Source of the DNA: Oculina patagonica
Taxonomy: Eukaryota
Length of the DNA stretch: 64,000 nt
Assembly (NCBI RefSeq): GCF_052425735.1
Contig: NC_135765.1
Location: 33,294,001 to 33,358,000, forward strand
Reading direction: 5' to 3'
In this document: one piece after another, positions 1 through 9,655 of the stretch
How positions within the stretch are numbered: position 1 is the stretch's first letter
How the letters are laid out: every line of letters starts with the position of its first letter
Notes under the pieces: generated by a model
The model's input: only the letters and a program-made list of their open reading frames with translations
Told to the model about the DNA's origin: nothing
The model's database searches: none
Position numbers and translations under genes: made by a program

Positions 1-2084
1 TTTGCACTAAACAACCAATGCATTGCCAACAGAATGTAAGCTTCTTGATTCGGACATCAAGTGTGCGAGTAGAGGATCTTCCCTATGACGACAATGGAGC
101 ATATGCCAACAAGGGCTGCCATACCTGGACATTCCGTGTTCGTAGAGATCCAAAAGGGGAGCTGAAGAAGACTTTCATTGCAAGGCGGTACGTTAAAGGT
201 GGAAGCGATTACGTCTACCTCAGAAGGAAATATCGCACAAGCAAGTCATGTGAAGAGTTTCGTCAGTTCGTGTCATATGCCGAGGACAATCAGGGTAACA
301 CCATTGGTGGCATTGCTCTTCTCCAGTACAATTTCCAAACAAAGGAGAAGAAGTTTGAAGTTCTTGCTCACGGAAATAAGAAGGATAAAACTGTACCTTT
401 TCTACCTACCAATGTCACAACAAAAGAAAAGATTAAAGAGGCAGCGTGCACAACCAAGCCAATGAAAGCTATGGCAAAGATTGCCCAAACCTCTTCCCTT
501 ATTGACGCGACAGATAGTGCGAGCACACCACGTGATCGCATGCAAATATACAACATGCGGAGACAAACCAAAGAGAAGGAGAAACAAGAGAATGGGATAC
601 CTGGCTTAGAGGCGCGGAAAGATAAACTTTACAGTTTGATGCTCATGGCCAATCAGGAGTTGGATAGTGAGGGCGAATCCTTTATACATGGTGTGTCAGC
701 CTGGCCAGAGGCTATGTGCATCACTGGTCTTCCGTATCAATTTCACGATATCACACGCTTTTGCTGTGGCCCGTTACAGTTTTACCCCTTATGCATTGAC
801 ACCACCTTCAACATGGGGGAGTTCTACGTGACCCCTACAACGTACAAGAACCTTCTACTCGAAAATGTGCGTGATGGTAAGCCACCAGTCTTTATCGGGC
901 CAACCCTGGTACATATGACAAGAAGTTACAGCGCATATTGCCACCTTGCAAGCAAACTGAAAGAAGTCGAGCCCGGAGTTAACGATCTAAGAGCTTCCGT
1001 TACTGATGGTGAGCCAGGCCTCATAAAAGCATGGAAGGTGTTTTATCCAGAGTCTTGCCAGTTGCGGTGTGTAAAGCATTTTACCGAGAATGTGAAGGAC
1101 GAGCTGAAATCAATAGGCATCAAGGGAGAAGCACAACGTGGCTTTCTCAACCATATATTTGGTTTTGTGGAAGATGATATATACCACGAAGGTCTTCTGG
1201 ATGCCAATGATGATGAAACCTTCGATGCAGTTCTAGCGTCTCTAGAGCCTGAGTGGAACAAGAAGGAACGGGAGCTTCTCCCCGAAGGATGTGAGCCAAA
1301 GTTCTTCAACTGGATGTCAAAGAAAGCTGATATGATAAAAGGGAGCTTATCGGCAGGAGTTCGTCTGAAGGCTGGTCTTCAACCTGGCGAAAAGATGACA
1401 AGCAATGCAGCTGAAGCAGGCAATCATGTATTGAAAGAAGCAGCAGACTATGAAGAGATGTCACTGCCCGAATTTGTAGTCCTAGCCAAATCTGTGGCAT
1501 TAAACCAGCACCAAGGGCTTGTACGAGCCATACTGAGGAAGGGACAATATCGCTTTAAAGATGAGTATTCTTATCTGGAAGTTAAGGAGCATGTGTGGAT
1601 GCACGGTATGACAGTAGAATCTAGGAGGAGGCACGTTGCCAAGATCCTGAATCTTGAATTAGGTGCAAGTGAAGTCCCAACTGAGCCAGCAACTAAAACA
1701 GGGCAACTTTCTGTTCCATACACCAGTGCCAACTTGCAGGTCACAGAGTCAGTGTTGTCAGCAATTTGGAACAAAGCAAGTGAGTATCTTATGAAGCCTG
1801 ACAGCGTCGTTCAGCTTCCTAACGAGGGAGATGGCGAGAAGAAATTTTTTGTGTACAGTCGATCCAAGCCAGACAACCCTAATGTTGTAGCAATTGGCCC
1901 AAATGGGAAAGTGAGCTGTTCATGCTTGATGTACCGTTCAACGCCAAACATATGTTCTCACTCGGTAGCTGTGGCTGAAAGGGACAATAATTTGGAAAAC
2001 TTTCTGAGCTGGGTAGCTAAGTCAGGAGAGCCTAACTTGTACAGGTAATGATATGTACTCATATGTAAGTTGCATAGTGTTATC

Positions 2085-2290
2085 GTCCAAGAGAGAGTAG
2101 TTCTGAAAGGAACTGTTGTTGGTGACTGATGTTTCGACAACATAAGCGGAAGTCATCTTCAGACTCTCTGAAGATGATCCGCTCAGCTTGTCGAAACATT
2201 AGTCACCAACAACCGTTATTTTCAAAACTTCTGTCATTTGGATGATCACATATGCGACCTACTGATACTCCTGCTTTCAAACCATTTACT
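2085..2290. repeat. Palindromic Penelope-like repeat remnant with hammerhead-like cores on both strands
   Basis: Inverted repeat 2115-2213 (gttgttggtgactgatgtttcgacaa...ttgtcgaaacattagtcaccaacaac); CTGAAGA...CGAAAC occurs on each strand. Confidence 0.45.
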
Positions 2291-2879
2291 ATGATACTCG
2301 TATGTATTATAGACTTATCTGCAGTACAAATTTTGTGCAAATTGCAGAATACAAATTGGATCACAGTGAGTTATGCATTAAGTGAAGATACATATTATAA
2401 ATATGTGGTCTGCTTACCATATTGGAGCATGAATTATGTTTATTGTTTATAAAATCGCAAATGTTTCCCAAGGTTGTTCCCTTTAATTGGGAAATTAGAA
2501 GGGGACAGCCCTGTGAACGACGTTGCCTGTTGCAAAGAAAAACCGTCCATTTTCATGCGGATAGTAATTCCTTCGTTAATTAATTGGCTTTGGTTTCGTT
2601 TCTGTGGTGGTAATTTTGTTCATTTATTCCACAAAGGAATTTTCCGAATATAAAATATAAATCGTATATGTGTCACTTTTGATTTCACATGAGACTAACT
2701 TCCGAACCCGTTTATTTGACCAGGATGACGTAAACAAAACATTCATACCAAGTTAAAACCAAATAAAGTGAAGTCTTAAGACTTACCAAAAATGCATCTT
2801 GATTTTTCCAGGGGCTCCTTTCCTTTGCCATTTACGGAGATGAACCTTACATTTCGCTCTGCATTCGTTACTTTTAATG

Positions 2880-3111
2880 TAGGCTGTACAGTTCTCTATT
2901 TTCCTGTGAGAACGCCACCGACGAATACTGAAAACGGGCCGCCATCTTTGTTTCATTCACGGTTGTAACCTGGGGAGAGGACGAAAATCCACCCCAGGGG
3001 TGGTGTGCTGGATTATTGTCCTCTCCCCAGGTTACGCTCATAATAAAGGCAAAGATTCAGGAACGATTCGGTGACGATCTCACGGGAAAATAGAAGACTG
3101 CGAACAGACTA
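2880..3111. mobile_element. Foldback MITE in transposase intron
   Basis: Perfect 18-bp inner inverted repeat gtaacctggggagaggac/gtcctctccccaggttac, and imperfect outer arms (ctattttcctgtgaga/tctcacgggaaaatag). Similar termini at ~17730-17915. Confidence 0.65.
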
Positions 3112-4101
3112 ATTTTAACAAATCCAACTAATCCCGAAAGTGGTTGTCTTGCCCACAAGCATTATACTTTAACTTATCTGTCACGAAATAAAAATATCGA
3201 AAACGTTGGTAATTGCGTTACTCTTGAGTAGTCACGAAAAATGTCAATTTAGGCAAGCTTTTCGGCCAGTGAGTTTGTTCATGCAGGGTGTGCGTGATAG
3301 ATAAACGGGTATATTGGTTCGGATAAAAATCTGGGTTGAATTTGTCGTGTTCCCCTCAAAACCTTTTAAGTAACCCTTAAAACAATGCCAGATCGTATGC
3401 TTAAGAAGAACCCTTTTTATTCCCAATCGTTTTTTATTGTCATTATACTTTCCTTCATCTCAGCCCAATTTTGTAGATAGAATGTTAGCAGCCATGCAAC
3501 GAACGGATTTAATCAGTCTAGTTAGAACTAACTGAAATACAAGCTACGGTTTAAAAGATTTTTTTTTTGCTTTCTTTGTTTTCGGACGAAAATGTCCTTT
3601 AGTAAGATTCTCCCACGCTTCATTCCCGTTGATTGCTTTTCGTTGATCCCACAGGTTGTCTACCAGTAACGTTAATGTGAGAGCAGCAGGCCAAAAGGGG
3701 GGAAACCGAAAAGGGCGCGAAAATCGACACCTCCAGTAACATCAACATTGACGGTTCCATTACAAGAAACGCTAGCGCGAAGATGCAGTTATCCCTTAAC
3801 AACTTCTCAGAAACCTCCCGAGAGTGACCAGCTTTCTTCACCTCCTGATGGGATGAACATTCAAGGTTGTGCAGCGCAGATTTTGCCTCCAGATCACCAG
3901 CTCGGTTGGAAGCCAGGAAGTAGAACAGCACAACACTACTCCAGTCCGATAGGTAGTTTTCCGGTGGAAACACCCCGCCAGACCTTCAACGGACCACAAC
4001 AGTTCACTCCGACCAGACAACCAGGTGCCACATTTCAGCAGTACACCCCGATAGGGCAACCCAACAGCACATTCTCAGCATGGCATATCGGCAGCACAAC
4101 C

Positions 4102-4296
4102 CAGCACTACACCCAAACAGGGCAAGCCGGTAGCACATCCCAGCACTACACCCAAACAGGGCAAGCTGACGGCACATCCCATCACTACACCCAAACAGGG
4201 CAAGCCGGTAGCACATCCCAGCACTACACCCAAACAGGGCAAGCCGGTAGCACATCCCAGCACTACACCCAAACAGGGCAAGCCAGTAGCACATTT
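4102..4296 (+). repeat. Coding 39-bp tandem repeat (5 units, QHYTQTGQAGSTS)
   Basis: Units of cagcactacacccaaacagggcaagccggtagcacatcc start at 4102, 4141, 4180, 4219 and 4258, with degenerate units on both flanks. Confidence 0.95.
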
Positions 4297-5508
4297 CAGG
4301 AGCTAACATTAGCAGGGCAGACCGGAGGTACACTCCAGCAGTTCACCATTGCAGGGCCCAGCAGCGCTATAAAGCAGCACATCCTCACAGGACAACCCGG
4401 CAACACACTCCAGCAGTACACACCGGGTCTTACAGGATCAAAGCCGTGGCATAACAGCAACCCTTTCGTAGTTACGAAATTAAGTAACCGAGTAAAAAAA
4501 TGTAGTTCTTGTCACGTAGAGTTTCGCTCCCCAGCAGGACCACCTTTCATAGGTTTGGTTGTCCGGCATTCTGAGCGGGATCAGTACAGAGATAAGTATG
4601 GCCAGTCTCGAATTAGCAGTGAGGCCAATCACTATTATCACTGCACGTTACAGTGTATCAAGTCCAGGCATCCATTCTTTCATCCGGGATTACTTCAAGT
4701 GGAAGGTGCAGATGCGATGGATCAAATGCAAATAGATTATCTGAAAAACGTGTTTGGATTCTAGACAGTCTTGGAGAGACATTTTTGTTGTGTTTTGTTT
4801 GTTTCACTGTTTACAAAGACAATCCAAGTGCACGTAGGTGCTAAACCACCCCCCCCCCCCCCCCCCCCAAACGTTTTATCTAAAATTGGGTTTTTGTTGA
4901 GATTTTAAATAACTTTGTTGATGTTGATCGTCTGCTTGCTAAACTTGGTAGGTTAACATAAGACTATATGCCAATCATTTTGAAAGACTCGCTTGTAGAA
5001 CTTGTCACTATGACGTCATAATTGATGACGTCACACTTTTGTTAAAATTAAAGTTAAGAATTGTCTTAATTTTTAAGATAGAGCGCGTCAATAGAAGTTG
5101 AAAACAGAAAACAGTTTGTACATACGACCAATACTGAATGAGATATGACATTTTGAAGTTGGAAAAAAATAGAGTCAATAAATGGGGCCTCCCCCTTGTG
5201 TAATAAACCCAACTTTGACTGCCTTTTTGTCTTAATAGTAGTGCAATTGGCATTGCACATTGGTTGTATTAATGCAGAAAGTAAAAGGGAAAAGAAACTT
5301 TATGGAAAAAAGATTTTCTGTCATTCCTGGAAGCATAAATGCATATTTGTGACGTAATAAAAGGTTACGTGACCAAAAAGTCCTTCGTCATTTTGTTGTC
5401 CTGAAGGCAAAAATGAAAAAATTAAAACCATACGATTTTTAGGAACAGTAATAAGTCTTTTTTACCAGAATACCAGCACAGCTAGAAATGAGCTGATTTA
5501 CGCTCTTT

Positions 5509-5623
5509 CTGATATCACATGGAAAGCAACGGTTCTTATCCAATCGCCGAAGTTAAGCCCTGTTGGGCGGGGTAAGTACTTGGCTGGGTGACCAACTGAA
5601 AATACCCCTTGTTGTGGGCTTTT
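5509..5623 (+). pseudogene. 5S rRNA-derived sequence (pseudogene or SINE3-like head)
   Basis: acggttcttatccaatcgccgaagttaagc...agtacttggctgggtgacc...aataccc...gttgtgggctttt follows eukaryotic 5S rRNA with box A and box C and a T-run end. It is diverged and the 5' end does not match. Confidence 0.75.
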
Positions 5624-6291
5624 CATTTCTGTTTTTTTTTTTTCATGCGAAATCAGTAACTTTACAGGCCTTTCTATTTTTTTTGTGAACGGCTTTGTTG
5701 ACTTGCTTCGACTTTGTACGTTTTATTGTCTCGATTGAGTCTCGCTTCTCCTTGAAAACTTCGCTCTAGATCGACTTCGAAGGATAAAGAAGATATGCAT
5801 GCCATTTATTTTGTGAGATATATTAACTGTTTTTTGTTTTTTTTTTGTTAAAAAAAAAAAACAGAAAAAAAATGTCGTTACGCCGTTTCTCGTTCCGCCG
5901 TTACGCCGTTCCGCGTTCCGCCGTTACGCAGATTACTAACAACCCTCAAAGGTAAACATTTTAATACAGAGATACCTTACGGAACCAGCACGCAAGCCAC
6001 TTGTCAGTTCACAAATGCGACTTTAATGGTGAGTTGTTTTTTTATTTGTAGGAGACAACTCGAGAAAAAAGTAAAACATTGTAATTTTTCTTTCAGTGGT
6101 AAAATGACCAATAAATTCTACGCGACGTAAAACATTTTTTTTAGACGACTGCATGCGATGCGAGACAAAAACTAATTAAATTACTAAAAACTAATTAATT
6201 ATGAAGTCGCGGTGGATTTTCTCGGAAATCCTACAACTTGTAGCTTCGTATTTTAGGCTACTAACTCATCCTAAAAATGGTACTACGATTT

Positions 6292-7053
6292 CCAGTTGAG
6301 TATGACGCGAACAAAGTTTGGTGACGAAGTTTCAACATAACAACGGCATTGTTGTCAAGCGCAAACTTCTCTGTTTCCATTGGTAACTTGTCGTTACAGG
6401 TACTGACCGCCAAAGTTCTTTTATACAAGGAGGACCTCTCGGGAAACAGGGCAATTTTTTGATTGGCTAATTTCGATCCAAGATGGCGTCAGTTTTAATT
6501 GAGCAATTTTTTGATTGGCTAATATTTTGAAATTTCGATCCGAAATGGTGTTAGCTTTTGTCAGCTTTACGAAACGCTAAATGTTCTTCATTTCAGTTCG
6601 CGAATTATTCATTTTGCACTTGAGAAAGATATATTATTTAAAGCTGAAGGAATTCTTAAAGCTGCTAGAAAATCCCTGGAGTTGGAAAACGATAAAATTT
6701 CAGTTGAACAGGAACTCTAACGAGGAAGGTAAAGTGACGCACGTTAAACATAACGTCAACTCTCAACACAGATCTGTTACCGTCGATATAAAACAGCTAA
6801 GGCATAATATATTTCGTTATTTGTTTCTTTTATCGTTGTCTCTGTGTATATATTTTTTATTTGAAAGCGTAATAAAGTGTTGCTGACGATATTTGTAGAC
6901 GTTTGTATTTATTTAAGCATCGAGATTGTCGAGCAAGGCAGTTACAAAAACAAATTTGTTACCAATGGTAACAGAGAAGTTTGCCCTTGACAACAATGCC
7001 GTTGTTATGTTGAAACTTCGTCACCAAACTTTGTTCGCGTCATACTCAACTGG
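6292..7053. mobile_element. 762-bp non-autonomous DNA transposon with ~96-bp TIRs
   Basis: ccagttgagtatgacgcgaacaaagtttggtgacg... (6292-6387) is a near-perfect reverse complement of 6958-7053; TTT flanks both ends. Confidence 0.9.
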
Positions 7054-7669
7054 TTTACCGCGTTGGAAATGAAAAGAAAAGAAAGCTTGATTGAAAAAAG
7101 TAGAACAACAATGCTATGGCAACATTCGCTTATCGACGACTTTTAATTAAGTCTTCGCGTTGTTCCGAGTTGTCGCCAAAGCCTATTATAATTATTTGCA
7201 CGCACGGCAACTCAGATGTTTTATTTTTGCTCACATTTCTACATTGGCTACAGAGCTTGAATGAGATGTTTTTTCATCGAGTTTCGGTCAAACAGATATC
7301 AAATTAGAGTAGCGTAGAAGTTTCATTGACCATCGTCGTAACTTTGATGGCCTTAGCTTCGCAAAAATTTAATATTGTGTTTTGATTTCATCTGAGTATA
7401 AGTATTTTCAGGGAAATATTTTCGCCCGATCAGAGTCTAAAGTGTCTTTATTTTCTTCTTGTCTTGCAGTTTTCGTAAACGTAAAACTTTGCGACTCTAC
7501 CATTCCGGGCGCCAGAGGTTTGTTATTCTACGTGAAAAATATAAATAAAGCCATCGCAAACCATTCGCCGATCGGCTCATGGTCGCTCATGTTCAGTGAT
7601 ATGTGCCTGATTTTTAAAACGATTGTTAGCTCAATACTAGCTTGACAGACTATATTTTCAGAAGTGTAG

Positions 7670-8581
7670 CTGAAAATGGTAGGAATAGCTTCCTCCTTTA
7701 GTGGCGGTTTGTTTTCCTTTTGTTCCAAATAGCTCCGTCTGTAAGGAAATACATGTACCAGTCAGTATAAATATTGGTAATCTCAACTGCGTGACACAAA
7801 GATCAGAAAGGCGATGATAACAATAAACAGTGTAATATCCCTACGAGACGGGAGGATTCCTTAGATTTAGCAACTATTCCTGAGACAAAATAAAATAAAA
7901 CACTGGCTGATTGTGTGTGCTGCGGCTTTTTTCGTGAACAAATCGATAACAATTACATCGCCGCTTACGGTCAGAAAATTCGTGCTGATTTCAGGAACAA
8001 ATTTAGCATATCCACTTAAAAATAAATGTTATAAACTCGGAATACTGCACACTACTTATCATGAGGATGCAAAATGTAAAGTACATGTAAACAATTTACG
8101 TACCTGGAAATCTTGCTCGTAGTCATTTTATAATTAGTGTAAAATGATCGGATCAGAGAAAACAGTTCCCGCGCTTCGGTCATTTACCGCATTTACCCTC
8201 TCGTTTATATGTCTTGGCGTGCCACTTTTTTCGATTTTTTCACCCTCAGGAACTTGTGAAGGGTGACCCATCCCTTAGTTTTTTGTATGTGTTGCTGCAG
8301 CCAGCATCCAGGCAGCGAACCATAATATTCTGGGCTTTATTAGATATTACTTTTGCACCGAAGATCTGGGTCATTGCAAAACCAGCTTTGACTAATGCAA
8401 CGTCATAGCCTACGTCATTCAAGATGGCGGCCGTCGGTGTTCGAAAGCGGTGATTTTGGACGATTTCAAAGCCCTCTTGCTAAAATTCAAGGCGGCGCTT
8501 CACCAAATGACAACTATTTTTGAAGTCCTGAACACATGGGCTTTCATTTAAGGTAAAATTTTTCTAGACCCTTGTTTCCCT
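7670..8581 (-). mobile_element. Decayed THAP-domain transposon, Kolobok-like 5' end
   Basis: Minus strand from ATG 8323 reads MVRCLDAGCSNT..(V)TLHKF..KKW..SDHF with frameshifts and stops, donor at 8104. A second exon from ~7738 contains LKEEAIPTIF (THAP AVPTIF motif). The terminus reads TTAA|AGGGAAAC at 8585-8574, consistent with Kolobok (TTAA TSD, purine termini, THAP domain). Confidence 0.65.
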
Positions 8582-9354
8582 TTAAGTAATAATTAACCTA
8601 AATCTGGATAATATTGTAAAAAGGACGAATAAAAGACAATCAAAGCAAAATAAGAGTGTCAGTAGTAATTGTGTTTAACAATATTTTTTAATTGTCTTTA
8701 GAGAATCTCTTAAGTCTATAATATTATGTATTTGCACTTTATTTCCCTGAGTCTGGGGCATGCATGAGGACCTGTTTAAGGGTTATACTGTAATACGAAT
8801 ACACATTCTGTAGTTTTACACTAAGAATTAAAAAATTGAATTTAGACTACACCTGGATGAGTTTGAACGTTAGCTTATATCAAAATTATTTTTCCTGTAG
8901 TGAGCTACAACAATTGAAATAAAATACAATACAAATTCCCGACTTAAATCAAGCCACCCCCAGTGATGGATTCATTTTTCCCAACCATTTGAAAATTGCT
9001 CTGTCTAACATCAGTCTGCACTTCTCTTTTAAAATAATATTTCTTTACTACCTCAAATAACCCAAACTTAATTTTTTTCAAATATACACAGTTTAAGGCA
9101 ACATTAATTTAATTCTTCTTGACGGTCTCAACAGTCTAGGTATTTCTGAAGACTTGCTACTTTATTCTTAAAATGTAGCAACATGGTCAAGAATACTGTT
9201 TACACTTTTTTTATCAATAATTCAATATTTTAATTGCTTATTAAAAGCTCACTAGGTCCTGTCTGGTTTCCAATTTTGGTATAAATACTGTAGAAAGTCT
9301 ACTTAATTAAGTAGTAATTTATTACTAAGTAAACATTTTTTTAGTTTTATTTAC

Positions 9355-9435
9355 ACAGAGAACTTCTAGTATAAGCATCAATTAACCTTTTCACAAATCG
9401 ATTGTGTTTAAAAGGTAAATATCATAAACTCTGTT
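9355..9435 (-). promoter_or_regulatory. SECIS element (type II) in the SELENOS 3'UTR
   Basis: Minus strand: ATGAT-atttacctttt-AAA-cacaatcgatttgtg-aaaaggttaat-TGAT. This gives the AUGA/GA core, an 11-bp helix II (1 mismatch), unpaired AAA and an apical mini-helix cacaa/ttgtg. Confidence 0.9.
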
Positions 9436-9655
9436 TGACATACAGAGAACTAGAAGAAAGTGAACTCCATTAATTGATTTACATTCAGGTCTATATATAT
9501 AACTACACAACAACCCACCAAATTACCAACAAACTTGCTACTTACATTATTAAAGGCAGCAACTAAATTTCTCTACAAATAACAATATATTACCAGTATA
9601 TTACTATTTACAGCATAGTCAAGTCTAGATTGGTATTCAGTGACTGTGTGTAGAT

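Larger units (their letters stand above)
18..4764 (+). mobile_element. Mutator/MULE-like DDE transposase gene with SWIM zinc finger (exon <18-2044, intron 2045-3654, exon 3655-4764; frame break near 3700)
   Basis: The 676-aa ORF has MULE-type motifs: CIDTTFN (D1), VTDGE (D2), LRCVKH (CxxH), SNAAEAGN (E), and a SWIM finger CSC..CSH. The frame is open to the window edge, so the 5' end is probably outside. Donor ACAG|GTAATG at 2044, acceptor CCCACAG| at 3654. Downstream ORF to 4764 ends in a CxxC..HC..C domain. Confidence 0.8.

Noticed and set aside
4102-4296. CRISPR-like array
   Set aside because: Contiguous 39-bp coding repeats with no unique spacers, in eukaryotic DNA.
5509-5623. Functional 5S rRNA gene
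   Set aside because: 5' end missing so helix I cannot form; many substitutions; not in an array.
8941-9040. Second SECIS candidate in the SELENOS 3' region
   Set aside because: No AUGA/GA quartet with a properly spaced helix and AA loop.
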